Source of the DNA: a virus
Taxonomy: Duplodnaviria > Caudoviricetes
IMG/VR virus record: IMGVR_UViG_3300049982_000334
Location: 1-49,862 of that record
Reading direction: 5' to 3' (one strand)
DNA length: 49,862 bases
Below are positions 18,760 through 28,419 of the stretch, piece by piece. Each line of letters begins with the position of its first letter. Positions within the stretch are counted from its first letter, which is position 1. The position numbers and the translations under genes were made by a program. The notes under the pieces were generated by a model. The model was not told where the DNA came from, did not search any database, and saw nothing but the letters and a program-made list of their open reading frames with translations.

Positions 18760-19806
18760 TTAGGCGAATTCGTAGACGCCGTGCGCGTTGCGCTTCCGGC
18801 AGATCATGGTCCCGGTCCAGGTAACGCCGCGATAGAGGACGTACTTGTTGTGGGGGCGAGCGGGCGAATGCTTCTTCATGTCTTCGCCTTCCATCACATA
18901 CGGGTAGAGGTGACGGGTATCGATGAGGTACATGAAGTTCTCGCGGCCCAGATCGTCGAGCGACGGGTCGTACTTGATGCCGCCGATGCCGCGCATGGTG
19001 ATGTCCGCCATGCCGATCTCGGTCGCACCGGACTTCATGAAGCCCTCTTGGGTGTACGTGCCCTTCTCGTGGATCTCGGCCTCCAGCTTCTCGATGGCGC
19101 CGGAGCCGGCGATCACGAGTTTCGGGGCGCCGCCGTAACGACGGAGCTGCCGGGCCTCGGAGCGCAGGAACTTGGTCATCGCCTGGGTGGCGACGTTGTG
19201 CGTGATCCTGTTGGCGCCCACGGCGGCGCGGTTGCGCCACCAGGCGTTGGCCGCGGCGTCGATGCCGCCCACGACGCCCGTGGTCGGGTCGTCGGCAATC
19301 AGGTGCTCCAGGCCGGCGAAGACCTTGGCCGACTGGGTGCCGTCCAGGTGCAGCATCTCGTCGAACGAGCGCGCCATGCCCTCGTCCATGTCCTCAAGCT
19401 TGTCCTCGAGCAGGTTGCTGATCGCGGTCATCTCGCGGCCGGAGTGGTTCGAGGTGCCCTCGCCGGTCGTGGAGTCGGTGATCGAGATCCCGTCGTGCTT
19501 CAGCTCGGAGAAGGTGAGCGAGATGCCGGCGTGCAGTTCCTTCCAGTCGTAGGAGAACTGCTTGATATTGGCCGGGTTGGCGTAGTTGACGGTGTCGTCG
19601 TGGCTGTAGCCGGAGAACGACGTGGTGTAGTCCGCCTTGACGTTGCCCTTGATCTCGCCCTTACCGCCCGGGAAGGTCTTCTGCACCGCCTTGAGGGCGG
19701 ACATCAGGGGGCGATCCTGGTTGGTCTGGGCGAGGGGCTGGCCCTTGATGTAGAAATCCAGGGCGGCGTTCGAGATGTTCTCGAGTTCTTGGATGGTGAA
19801 GCTCAC
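18760..19806 (-). CDS. Major capsid protein (348 aa)
   Basis: Follows the scaffold; AGLEHLI...GVVGGID...WWRN and C-terminal WTGTMICRKRNAHGV typical of HK97-fold podoviral capsids. Confidence 0.85.
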   Translation of the reverse strand: MSFTIQELENISNAALDFYIKGQPLAQTNQDRPLMSALKAVQKTFPGGKGEIKGNVKADYTTSFSGYSHDDTVNYANPANIKQFSYDWKELHAGISLTFSELKHDGISITDSTTGEGTSNHSGREMTAISNLLEDKLEDMDEGMARSFDEMLHLDGTQSAKVFAGLEHLIADDPTTGVVGGIDAAANAWWRNRAAVGANRITHNVATQAMTKFLRSEARQLRRYGGAPKLVIAGSGAIEKLEAEIHEKGTYTQEGFMKSGATEIGMADITMRGIGGIKYDPSLDDLGRENFMYLIDTRHLYPYVMEGEDMKKHSPARPHNKYVLYRGVTWTGTMICRKRNAHGVYEFA

Positions 19807-19833
19807 CGGGGCTGTTCCTTAGGATCAGGCCCC

Positions 19834-20886
19834 CTACTTGACCGCCAGCGCGATGGCTTCGCGCATGGTCCGGGCGACGGGGGCGACGACGGTTGACGAC
19901 CCGCTCTCCGGCGACCTGCGAACTTCTGGCTTCGGCGGTACGACCCCACGCATCTGCGTGGTGACGTAATCGAGGGCTTCTTGAGCCCGCTGAACGGCTT
20001 CCTCGGCGGTCTTGGGGTGGCCGAGTTGGGCGTTCAGCGCCTGGACGCGATCGACGACGAACGATTCCTTTTTCGAGAAATCGGGGTCCTTGACCTTCAC
20101 TCGGGCTTCCCAGTCGGCGACGGAGGCGCCGATCATTCGTCCCAGGTCCGCGGTCTGCGTCTCTTGCGTGACGTTCTCGGCCCTGGCCCGCTCCACGGTC
20201 GCTCGCTCGGTTGCCCGGGCTTCGCGTGCTCGTGTCTGCGAAAGTTCTCGGCCTCGGTCCTCGGTCATCCGCCCCTCCTCGACGTCCTTGCGGATGTCTG
20301 CGGGGAGGGCGTGGCCGGTCATCTCGTCGAGCTCGAACAGCACCTGGAGGACTTCCTTGCGGGCTTCCTCAGGGGCCGTCTTGATCAGGGCGCCGACCTT
20401 CATGAGCCTCACGAACTCGGGGGGCTCAATCTCGTGTTGCCGCAGGAAAGTATCTATGCTGCGGTACTGCTTGGCCGGTCCTTCAAGCTCTTGGACCGTG
20501 GTCTCGAACTCAGCGACCCTGCCTTTCAACGACTTGTTGTCGGCAAGCATTCGCTTGAATCTGGGGTGTTTCCCGAATGGAAGCTTCGCGAGTTCTTCGT
20601 CGGTGAGGTCCTTTTCAGGCTCACCTTCGGCGATCTCGCCGGTCTCCGGTTTCTCGGGGTCCGCGGCTGACGTGGCCTCGGGCGTCTCGGCCGGCTTGAC
20701 GACGTCCTGGAGGACGTCCAGCAGCGACTTCGGCGCTTCTTTAGCGTCGGTGGGGGACGAACCCGTATCCGCGTCGCCGGGCCCGGAGGCCGCGGCTTGA
20801 TCCTGGCCTTCGCTCGCGCCTTCGGCGGTCGCTACGGCTTCGATATCGAGGTTGGACGAAGCCTCGGAGTCATGCTCGATTTGCAT
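19834..20886 (-). CDS. Capsid scaffolding protein (350 aa)
   Basis: Acidic disordered N-terminus, PFGKHPRFK, coiled coils, C-terminal TMREAI helix; between portal and capsid. Confidence 0.75.
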   Translation of the reverse strand: MQIEHDSEASSNLDIEAVATAEGASEGQDQAAASGPGDADTGSSPTDAKEAPKSLLDVLQDVVKPAETPEATSAADPEKPETGEIAEGEPEKDLTDEELAKLPFGKHPRFKRMLADNKSLKGRVAEFETTVQELEGPAKQYRSIDTFLRQHEIEPPEFVRLMKVGALIKTAPEEARKEVLQVLFELDEMTGHALPADIRKDVEEGRMTEDRGRELSQTRAREARATERATVERARAENVTQETQTADLGRMIGASVADWEARVKVKDPDFSKKESFVVDRVQALNAQLGHPKTAEEAVQRAQEALDYVTTQMRGVVPPKPEVRRSPESGSSTVVAPVARTMREAIALAVK

Positions 20887-20942
20887 GTAACGCCTTTTCT
20901 GTTGGGCAATGTTGCCTGAAGTCTTCTAAAAACGCAACAGCT

Positions 20943-22988
20943 CTACGCTGCAGCGTTGGGCTGCTGCGTGTCTGGGGCGGGGAAGCCCCCGTCCGGGGCG
21001 CCGGCGGAGGCGTTGTCGTTCGGGTCGTTGGCCCCGCCTTCGCCGCCCTGCTGGTTCGGATCGGTGGCCGGATCGCCGGTGCCGACCTGGGCGGCGCGGT
21101 TCATGCTGGTGATCGACGGCAGGCCGGCGGTGATCGCCTCCTCGTAGTCGATGTTCGAACCGAGCAGCTTGATCTGGTGTTTGGCGAACCATTCCGGGTC
21201 GATGCCGGGCGTCTGGAGCAGGGTGGGGGCGGCGCGCTCGAAGTCGGCCAGGTCGCGCGAGCGGTTCGGGCGCCCGGAGGATCCGGCCTCGATCTCCAGG
21301 TAAATCTCCTCGGCGATCTCCTGCGGCGACAGCTCGGGCCAAACGGCGCCGGGGCCCGCGACACGGGTGACGGTCTCCGCGGCCATTTCATTGAGCAGCA
21401 CCTGACCTGACAGGCGGGCGACGACGGACAGGAAGTCGTCGAGCTCGTCCATCTCCGAGGCGGCCGCTTCCAGCCGGCTGTTCTCGGCGATCGAGGACTC
21501 GGTGGCGCTGTCGCCGGAAGTCCCGCCGATGTTGGCTTCCTGGGCGCCGACGATCAACTGCATGAAGGCGATGTCGGTCCCGGTCTCGTAGAGGTTCGGG
21601 TCGACGCCGACCTTCGGGAAGGGCTGGAACACCTTGGCGATGTCCTGGCCCTCGGCCAGCCCTTCCAGCTCGATGACGTCGTGCGCCTGGTGGGCGGCGA
21701 GGGACTTGTCGTCATCCTCGCTCATGGCGCCCTTCTTGGCGGCGTAGAGCGGCCGCGACGCGATCCGGTGCTGGCGGATAGCCTCAGCCTTGCGGTTGAT
21801 CTCGCGCTGGACGGGCCGCAGCAGGCGGATATCGCCCTCGGGGAAGATTTCCCCTTCTTCCTCCAGCGGGTTGAACACCAGCGGGATCCACGGGAAGAAG
21901 GTCTCGAGATAGGCCAGCTTCGGCGGGGCGGGCTCCTCCAGGAAATCCGGGTAGCCCTCGCAGTGGACGTAGACCAGGCCGGCGCGGCGGTCATAGGTCT
22001 CGTAGACCATGGCGCGCGCGTGCTCGCCTTCGGCCTTGCGCACCGTGCCGTTCGACAGTTCCTGGTAGCCCGTGTAGCTGTCGCCGATGTCGACGCCGTA
22101 GGCTTCCTTGATCTGGTCGCAGGTCAGCAGGAATTCCTCGCTGACGCGGCGCGCGCCGGGGAAGCCCGGCGCCAGATGCTTGGTGTCGCGGTCGGGGATG
22201 ATCCGCAGCGACGAAGGGAAGTCGTAGACCAGGCCCTCGCGCACGATGGTCTGGCCCTGCTGGGCGGACAGGTTCGCACCGACCAGCGCCTGTTCCTCGA
22301 CCCCGGCCGCGCCGGGCTCGATCTTGGCGTCGGCGATGTCGGCCGTCAGGCGCTCGTAGGTCGAAACCTGCGGCGTGATGTCGGGCAAGGCGGTCTCGGT
22401 CGCCGGCCGCGGCGTCAGTTCGCGCTGGTAGCTGATCTTCAGATAGCCCGCGGCGCAGATCACTGAGCGGCGAACCAGTTGCTTGCACTGGGGCTTGAAC
22501 GGCGGCTGCTGTTCGGCCAGCGCGTTCTTCAGCAGGATTTCCAGAGTCTTGCCGACGCTGTCCAGCATGCGCCGGCGCGTCAGCGCTTCCTGGATATCCT
22601 GCAGCAGCATGACCGTTTCGGGCGTCGGAACCCCGGTCCCCATATCGGCGGCGGCCGCCTCGAGGCTGGCGCGCTTGCCGTCCCAGACCGCGAAGTCCAG
22701 CCGCGGCCGGCGCTTGGCCACGAAGGTGGGGTCCTTGGCGTAGAGCTGCGCGATGCGCCGCTTTACGTGGCTCTGGGTGATGTTGATCTTGGCGCGCTCG
22801 TCGTCCTCGGTCTCGTTCGGCAGCTGCTTGCGCAGGAACTTCATGTCGTCGCGCATGCGCTTGAACGACGGCGCCCACTTCTTCTTGTCCTCGGCGACGT
22901 CGGCCTGGATCTTGGTGACGAGGGCCTTGCGTTCTTCGGAGACCTCCGGGGCGCCGCGCTGGATGCCGTTGTTGAATTCGTCCATCAC
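20943..22988 (-). CDS. Portal protein (681 aa)
   Basis: Directly after TerL; helical; FPWIPL, LLRPVQREINRK, SATES, IEAGSSGRPN podoviral portal patterns. Confidence 0.85.
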   Translation of the reverse strand: MMDEFNNGIQRGAPEVSEERKALVTKIQADVAEDKKKWAPSFKRMRDDMKFLRKQLPNETEDDERAKINITQSHVKRRIAQLYAKDPTFVAKRRPRLDFAVWDGKRASLEAAAADMGTGVPTPETVMLLQDIQEALTRRRMLDSVGKTLEILLKNALAEQQPPFKPQCKQLVRRSVICAAGYLKISYQRELTPRPATETALPDITPQVSTYERLTADIADAKIEPGAAGVEEQALVGANLSAQQGQTIVREGLVYDFPSSLRIIPDRDTKHLAPGFPGARRVSEEFLLTCDQIKEAYGVDIGDSYTGYQELSNGTVRKAEGEHARAMVYETYDRRAGLVYVHCEGYPDFLEEPAPPKLAYLETFFPWIPLVFNPLEEEGEIFPEGDIRLLRPVQREINRKAEAIRQHRIASRPLYAAKKGAMSEDDDKSLAAHQAHDVIELEGLAEGQDIAKVFQPFPKVGVDPNLYETGTDIAFMQLIVGAQEANIGGTSGDSATESSIAENSRLEAAASEMDELDDFLSVVARLSGQVLLNEMAAETVTRVAGPGAVWPELSPQEIAEEIYLEIEAGSSGRPNRSRDLADFERAAPTLLQTPGIDPEWFAKHQIKLLGSNIDYEEAITAGLPSITSMNRAAQVGTGDPATDPNQQGGEGGANDPNDNASAGAPDGGFPAPDTQQPNAAA

Positions 22989-24577
22989 ATGCTCGCCATA
23001 TTGATGCGGCGCTTCTCGTCGCGCGCGCGGAGTTTGGCCGCCTCTTTCACCCAGCCGAACGAGCCCACGCGGGGGCCGGTGTGCTCGGTCTTGGGCTTGG
23101 GCGGCGCGATCATCGTCCCCAGGCCGCGCCCAACGGTGGAGAGGGCGTCGGCGAAGTCGTCATGGGTGCCGTGCGGGAACTTCAGCAGCTCGTCCTTGGC
23201 GTCCTGGGTCCAGGAGGCCAGCTTCGGAAAGAACACCATGTTCATCGACATGCGGCCCTGGATCGCCTGGGCCTTCTTCTGCTTGTCGGTGTAGCTCGGG
23301 ACCTTGGAGTGGGAGAGATAGACCTTCCGTTCGCGCATTCGCTTGCGCAGGAACGGGCCGATCGACTTGGTGATGTGGTCGTCCTCGGCCCACCAGGTGA
23401 TCGGCTTCCACTTCTGGATCAGGTCGATCAGCTTCTCGACGACGACGTCGGTGGCCGCCCGGCGCCAGTAGGCGTCCAGCACCCAGATGTTGTCGTTCAC
23501 GTCGACGCCGACGACCAGGATGCAGGTGCGGTCGTTGTTCTGCTTCTCGGCCACGGCGTGGTCGCTGGCCATGTAGACGCGCATCTTGTCCAGCGCAGGC
23601 ACGTCGGCCGGGCCGTACAACTGGAAGTTCTCCGCCTTGAAGAACTCGCCCTCCTCGGCGGTCGGCCGCTGCTGGTAGAGCGCGTTGAAGCCGCGGGGGT
23701 TGTCGCGCTTGAAATTGAGCAGGTAGGGAAGGCCGAAACGCGACGGCCAGAGGGGAGCCCCAACGGGGCGACCGAGCAGATCGTTCTCCTCGGCGATGGC
23801 GGGGATGTTGATGATCTTCCACTCGGCCGCCCGCTCGGCGTTGTAGTTGGTGTTCTTCGGGTCCGTCAGCCGGCCGACCAGGTCGTCTTCATGCCAGCGG
23901 GTCTGGATGACGATGGCCTGGCCCTGGTCGTCCATGAACCGGCTCATGATGTCGTTCAGGAACCACTGCCAGAGGTCTTCGCGCGTGTTGGCGCTGTCGG
24001 CCTCCTCGGAGTTCTTCAGGGGGTCGTCGATGATGATCAGGTTCGCGCCGCGGCCGGTGATCGAGCCGCCACGGCCGACGAAGTAGAGCGCGCCGCCCTG
24101 CTTGGTCTCCATGCGGTCGGCCGCCTGGCTGTCGCGCTTCAGCTCGACATTGGGGAACACCTGGGCGTACGCCGTCTGGTTCATGATCGTGCGCACGGCA
24201 CGGCCATAGTCGTCTGCGAAGGTCTGGTTGTAGGTGCCCAGCGCGACGTGGCGGTAGGGGTCGCGGCCCATGTACCAGGCGAGGAACCGCTTGGAGGTGA
24301 GCTCCGACTTCCCGTGACGGGGCGGGAACGTGATGATCAGCCGCTTGAGGCGCCCGGTCTCGACCTCCTCGAGCGCCTTCGCCAGGGCCCGGTGGAAATA
24401 CTGGGCGTCGTAGCGGCTCTTGGTCGGATCGTCGGGATCCGACGGGTGAGGCATCGTCACCCGGGTGAATTCGATCAGGTCGTCCTTGGCCTCACGGATG
24501 GCGAGCAGCCGCTGGGCCGCGCGCAGCCGGCGGGCCTGTTCACCGTCCTGGATGGCCCCGGCGGCGTCCGCGGTCAT
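22985..24577 (-). CDS. terL: Terminase large subunit
   Basis: Walker A PPRHGKS, ITGRGA, Walker B IIIDDP, QTRWHEDDL, ALYQQRP, RNase H-like ASDHA and FPHGTHDDFADAL. Confidence 0.95.
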   Translation of the reverse strand: MTADAAGAIQDGEQARRLRAAQRLLAIREAKDDLIEFTRVTMPHPSDPDDPTKSRYDAQYFHRALAKALEEVETGRLKRLIITFPPRHGKSELTSKRFLAWYMGRDPYRHVALGTYNQTFADDYGRAVRTIMNQTAYAQVFPNVELKRDSQAADRMETKQGGALYFVGRGGSITGRGANLIIIDDPLKNSEEADSANTREDLWQWFLNDIMSRFMDDQGQAIVIQTRWHEDDLVGRLTDPKNTNYNAERAAEWKIINIPAIAEENDLLGRPVGAPLWPSRFGLPYLLNFKRDNPRGFNALYQQRPTAEEGEFFKAENFQLYGPADVPALDKMRVYMASDHAVAEKQNNDRTCILVVGVDVNDNIWVLDAYWRRAATDVVVEKLIDLIQKWKPITWWAEDDHITKSIGPFLRKRMRERKVYLSHSKVPSYTDKQKKAQAIQGRMSMNMVFFPKLASWTQDAKDELLKFPHGTHDDFADALSTVGRGLGTMIAPPKPKTEHTGPRVGSFGWVKEAAKLRARDEKRRINMASM

Positions 24578-24954
24578 CCGCCGGCCGAAATCAGCAGGGC
24601 CTCGTTCACGGCCGCGAGAATGTTGACGATGTGGGGGTATGCCACCGCAAAGGCCGACAGGGCGCCGAACACCGCCGCAGCGACGGCGAACAGGGCCTTG
24701 CCGCGGCCCATGAAGCCGACGGTGTGTCGTGTCTTCTGGCCCTCGACGGGCAGCCCGACGCGATGGGCGATGCCCTCCTGGTAACCTTCGACCTTGGAGA
24801 CGCGGCCGCTCAGCCCGTCGACCTTCTCGTCGATCTGTTCGACCTTCTTGCCCACGTCATGGATGCACGCGTGCAGCGCCTGCATCTCGTCGGCCAGTAT
24901 CTCCCAGGGATCGATCGGTTTGCGGGTGCGCTTGGGCAGGGTGGAGGCGGCCAT
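24574..24954 (-). CDS. Coiled-coil protein with C-terminal TM (holin-like candidate)
   Basis: KKVEQIDEKVDGLSGRVSKVE coil followed by the hydrophobic segment ALFAVAAAVFGALSAFAVAY. Confidence 0.55.
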   Translation of the reverse strand: MAASTLPKRTRKPIDPWEILADEMQALHACIHDVGKKVEQIDEKVDGLSGRVSKVEGYQEGIAHRVGLPVEGQKTRHTVGFMGRGKALFAVAAAVFGALSAFAVAYPHIVNILAAVNEALLISAGG

Positions 24955-25574
24955 CAGGACACCCGGAACGCGATGACTTGGCCGGGGCCGCCGTTGCCCA
25001 GGTCGTTGGCCGCGCTGGTAAAGCTACCTCCGGCGCCAATGCCAGCGCCGGCGCCCACGTTGAACGCCTGTCCTGGCGCACCCGGGAACTCGAGCGTGCC
25101 GGGCGCTCCCGCGCCGCCGTTCACCCCGCCCGACGCGCCACCTGCGGGCCCCAGACCGGCTTCACCCGCACCTCCAGACACCGCCCCGGCGGAGCCGGAC
25201 AGCGGCCGGTCGCCGCCGGACGGGACGCCCCCGGCCGGAGCGCCGCTGAGGAAGTTCGCTCCCGCCGGACAGCTGACGACCTCGCCGTTAGGCAGGGTGA
25301 TGGTGGTTGCGAGCCCGGAACCGCCGGCCGCCACGACGATCGTGACCCGTGCGCCCGCGGCCAGGAACACGGTTATCTCATCGTAGGCGCCCGAGGCGCC
25401 GGTCCCGGCGCCGGCGGTGCCGTTTCCGCCCGCGCCGCGGACGATGAACTTATAGCGGCCGGTGCGCGGAGCGACGAAGGTGTGCGTCCCCGGCGGATAG
25501 GCCACGCACGACGGCTGGATCTGCGTCCGCCGCGGATTGGTCTTCCTGTCGAGAGGGGCGGTCGCCTGGGCCAC
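24954..25574 (-). CDS. Glycine-rich tail-fibre-tip-like protein (206 aa)
   Basis: GTG at 25574; GTHTFVAP.TG.YKFIVRGAGG...GASGAY, Gly-rich repeats, C-terminal GNGGPGQVI. Confidence 0.65.
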   Translation of the reverse strand: MAQATAPLDRKTNPRRTQIQPSCVAYPPGTHTFVAPRTGRYKFIVRGAGGNGTAGAGTGASGAYDEITVFLAAGARVTIVVAAGGSGLATTITLPNGEVVSCPAGANFLSGAPAGGVPSGGDRPLSGSAGAVSGGAGEAGLGPAGGASGGVNGGAGAPGTLEFPGAPGQAFNVGAGAGIGAGGSFTSAANDLGNGGPGQVIAFRVS

Positions 25575-25579
25575 GTCGG

Positions 25580-26044
25580 TTACGCGGTCGCCGTGCCGGC
25601 CGCGGCCGAGACGTCGGCGACGGCAGGTGAGGTGAAGTTCTGGCCCTGGACGCTGACCACGATGCCCGTGGCGAACAGCGCCGACAGGGAGGCGTACAGC
25701 CGTTCGCCGCCGGCCAGGTACAGCGGGGTGTCGGAACTCCACTTGTCGAACTGGGTTTCGGGCAGTTCGGTCGTGGCGCTGAGAGTCCCGCTCGCCGGGA
25801 CCAGCTCGTTGTCGATAAGCTGCGCCGCACTTCCGTCCGGCGAGAGGTATAGGTCGACGCGGGTGGCGGTGGCGAGCGTGCCCAGCGGCCGCGCCCATAC
25901 CCGCGTGATCCACGCCCCCTCGGCGGGGGCGGTGTACACCAGGGTGGCGTCGGTGACGCCCGACAGCGTGGTCTTGGCTGCGGTCAGGGTCTTCTGGGCC
26001 GTGAACAGCTTTTGGGCGAAGAGGGGATCGCGCGAGAAGGACAT
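25580..26044 (-). CDS. Tail-fibre-associated beta protein (154 aa)
   Basis: TLVYTAP...RVDLYLS...LYLAGGERLYAS beta-sandwich pattern between fibre-like genes. Confidence 0.55.
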   Translation of the reverse strand: MSFSRDPLFAQKLFTAQKTLTAAKTTLSGVTDATLVYTAPAEGAWITRVWARPLGTLATATRVDLYLSPDGSAAQLIDNELVPASGTLSATTELPETQFDKWSSDTPLYLAGGERLYASLSALFATGIVVSVQGQNFTSPAVADVSAAAGTATA

Positions 26045-26057
26045 CGGGCAGGGGTTC

Positions 26058-26882
26058 CTAGAGGGCCAGCGCCAAACGGCGGGCGTGGACGACGCGGGTG
26101 TCCAGGGCGGTGAGGGCCGTCAGATCGGCCTTGTCGGCGGGGGTGAAGTTGCCGGCGTGATGCACGGTCTGGCCGTTCACCTTCAGGAAGCCGGTCGGGA
26201 TCAGCAGATCGAGGATGAAGCCCGCGCCGGCGGCGCCGTCGTCCAGGGCCACGTTCCATGTCCCGGCGGCGGCAGACTTGCGCAGTCGCAGCGCAGGCTT
26301 GCCGACTCCGAAGTCGGTCGGCTTGAGATCGAGGTAATCGGTCAGCGTGACGGCGTCGCTGGCCGAGACGGTCTGCTTGGCCAGGAAGATGTTGGCCAGG
26401 GCCAGCCCGGCCTTGGTGGCGATCTGGGCGGAGATGGCCGCGGTGTCGATGCTGACCTCGATGGCGCCGTCCTGCAGGGCAGCGAGCACATACGGCATCA
26501 GGTCGAAGACGACTTCCCAGACCCCGGCGGTCAGGTCGGTCGCGAATGCAGGGGCGGAGGTGTGGGCCTCGAGAGCGCGATAGAGGACGTTGTCCTCCCA
26601 CACGGCGTCGTTCACGTCGTAGGCCGTGCCAGCCGCCCAGGTGGAGACCGAGCGCAGGCCCAGGGTCAGCTCCGGGGACACCTGATCGGGTCCGACGCTG
26701 GCGTTCGCCAGCTGGCCGTCATCCCGCTGGATCAGGGCCAGGTTGGCGCGGATCTGTCCGGCCGTCAGGGCGATGTCGTCGAACTCGTTGTCCAGCGACA
26801 CGCCCGGCTGGGGCGTCGACGGACTGTTCGCCGTGTGGTCGGTGAACGAGAAGCCGCGGGCGTAGGGGGTGGGTTGGGGCAT
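26058..26882 (-). CDS. Tail fibre protein with CBM5/12-like motif (274 aa)
   Basis: ATG at 26882 (TGATG overlap); N-terminal LDNEFDDI..NLALIQRDDG; WAAGTAYDVNDAV...LYRALEAHTS; VNGQTVHHAGNF fibre motif. Confidence 0.65.
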   Translation of the reverse strand: MPQPTPYARGFSFTDHTANSPSTPQPGVSLDNEFDDIALTAGQIRANLALIQRDDGQLANASVGPDQVSPELTLGLRSVSTWAAGTAYDVNDAVWEDNVLYRALEAHTSAPAFATDLTAGVWEVVFDLMPYVLAALQDGAIEVSIDTAAISAQIATKAGLALANIFLAKQTVSASDAVTLTDYLDLKPTDFGVGKPALRLRKSAAAGTWNVALDDGAAGAGFILDLLIPTGFLKVNGQTVHHAGNFTPADKADLTALTALDTRVVHARRLALAL

Positions 26883-27103
26883 CAGCCGGCCAGACCCGTT
26901 TCGACTGCCTCGGCGATTGTCCCTCCACGGTGCAGCGTCACCGCCGCGGCGCCGCGGGCGGCGTGTGCCTTCTTCGAGCCCGGGTCGGCAAACGCGCCGT
27001 TGACCAGACGACGAACCTGGGTCATCGCCTCGGCCGCGAAGACACGGGGGTCCGTCGGCTCGAGGGCTAGGCGCAGATCGCGATGTGCGGCGTCGGTGAT
27101 CAT
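26882..27103 (-). CDS. Hypothetical protein (73 aa)
   Basis: First gene after the 27123-27144 site; coupled to the fibre gene. Confidence 0.55.
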   Translation of the reverse strand: MITDAAHRDLRLALEPTDPRVFAAEAMTQVRRLVNGAFADPGSKKAHAARGAAAVTLHRGGTIAEAVETGLAG

Positions 27104-27121
27104 AACGGCCCCGGGCGAAGG

Positions 27122-27145
27122 ATTGTCGCCTGATCATACGACAAT
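27122..27145. promoter_or_regulatory. Perfect inverted repeat ATTGTCG-N10-CGACAAT, putative operator/late-promoter element
   Basis: Seen directly; minus strand TTGTCGTATGAT contains a -10-like hexamer upstream of the 27103 start. Confidence 0.55.
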
Positions 27146-27369
27146 GGGCTACAATCGCCAACAGGGGCCCATTCTGCAAAATTTGCCCGCTTTCTCGGAC
27201 AGTGGGGTAGCCAGAATCGCGATTTGGCCGAGACCCCCTGCCGGGGGGTGGGGGCCAGGGTGCGGGCCTGCCCAGGTGGTGCGCGCCGCGCGCTCGAGAC
27301 GGTGCGCAGTCTAGGCGAGACTGTGTATGTGCTGCCTAACCTATTGAAATTCCTAGGGCTGTGAGCCTG

Positions 27370-27825
27370 CTAGCCTGTGGCCTTGGGCGTTACGTCGCGC
27401 ATTTCGCCGGGCAGGGGGGAAGATCCGCGGAGTCTGTCGACCTCGGCGCGCAGCTGGGTCAGGGTGAGCTCGCCCAACGGTTTGTCGTCCGCCGGCCGCT
27501 CCTCCTTCGGGGGCTGGATGCGGTCTAGCAGGGCCATGGCCATCTTCGCCCGCACGGCCTTAGCCTGCGGGGCTCTGTCGGTCATGATCTCCTCAATCAC
27601 TTCCCAAGCCAGCTGGGCGCCGCGCCATTCGAGCTTGGCCTGGCTGGCCGCGATCAAAGCCTTTCGGACGGTGGGGTGGCGCAGGAGCAAGGCCCCGGTG
27701 CGTTTGGGGTCGGCGTATCCCTGGGTCTTCGCCGCTTCGGTGGGGTCGGTCCCGCCGGCCACGGCTTCAACGAAGACGGCCCAGTTGGGAGGGAGCTCGG
27801 TCACGACAAGGGCGGTGGCGCTCAT
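27370..27825 (-). CDS. terS: Terminase small subunit (151 aa)
   Basis: FVEAV..G.DPTEAAKTQGYA.PK..G..LLRHPTVRKAL HTH pattern typical of TerS. Confidence 0.75.
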   Translation of the reverse strand: MSATALVVTELPPNWAVFVEAVAGGTDPTEAAKTQGYADPKRTGALLLRHPTVRKALIAASQAKLEWRGAQLAWEVIEEIMTDRAPQAKAVRAKMAMALLDRIQPPKEERPADDKPLGELTLTQLRAEVDRLRGSSPLPGEMRDVTPKATG

Positions 27826-27931
27826 GTCGTCCAAAATACGGCAAATGTGGCGTTCAGCCAACAATGCAACAAATATACCCGGGTACAAATAGGAAAGTAG
27901 TCCACAAACGGGACCGAAACCCCTTTTCAAA

Positions 27932-27952
27932 GACGGATTGTCGTCTATAAGT
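27932..27952. promoter_or_regulatory. Operator-like site GACGGATTGTCGTCTATAAGT in the divergent terS/plus-operon region
   Basis: 18/21 match to the reverse complement of 48347-48367; palindromic core GACG-N6-CGTC. Confidence 0.55.
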
Positions 27953-27990
27953 GTGTTAAGTCCACTTAAGGGCTACATGGGGAGTTCAGC

Positions 27991-28116
27991 ATGTCCTTGA
28001 CCCTTCGAATAGCAGAAGCCGCGCTGGAGGGCGTCGTCCTCTTCGCCTTCTTCGCATCCATCTACATCAGCGTGCCCGTTCTCGTGGCCGCGATGTCGCC
28101 CGTAGTCGGGAGATAG
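27991..28116 (+). CDS. 41-aa hydrophobic peptide
   Basis: GGGGAG RBS; MSLTLRIAEAALEGVVLFAFFASIYISVPVLVAAMSPVVGR. Confidence 0.55.
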   Translation: MSLTLRIAEAALEGVVLFAFFASIYISVPVLVAAMSPVVGR

Positions 28117-28122
28117 ACGACC

Positions 28123-28332
28123 ATGGCCGCCAAAAAGCCGAAAACGGTCGAGATCACGCTGCGGGTGCGCGTGCCCGCGGATTGGAGCGCCGCCCATGCC
28201 AAGCACGAGGTGAGCAGCGCCTGGTACGGCGAAATCTACGCCCTAGGCCCGCCCACCCAGAAGATCCTTCGGGAGGAGGTCTCGCTGTTCCCGCGGTGGT
28301 CGAAGGCGCGCGTCGTCAAGAAGGGCGCCTGA
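28123..28332 (+). CDS. Basic hypothetical protein (69 aa)
   Basis: GGGAG RBS; GC-rich third codon positions. Confidence 0.7.
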   Translation: MAAKKPKTVEITLRVRVPADWSAAHAKHEVSSAWYGEIYALGPPTQKILREEVSLFPRWSKARVVKKGA

Positions 28333-28419
28333 TCGCGAGGACAGGTCGCCCGCCCCGCAGGGGAACGCGGACAAGCGAGCGGCCTTCCCGCGCGATCAGG
28401 CGCGATAGGGGAGGCTTCT

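Noticed and set aside
27956-27969. TTAA-N6-TTAA as a CtrA box
   Set aside because: Canonical spacing is N7; no full TTAA-N7-TTAA site was seen by eye.
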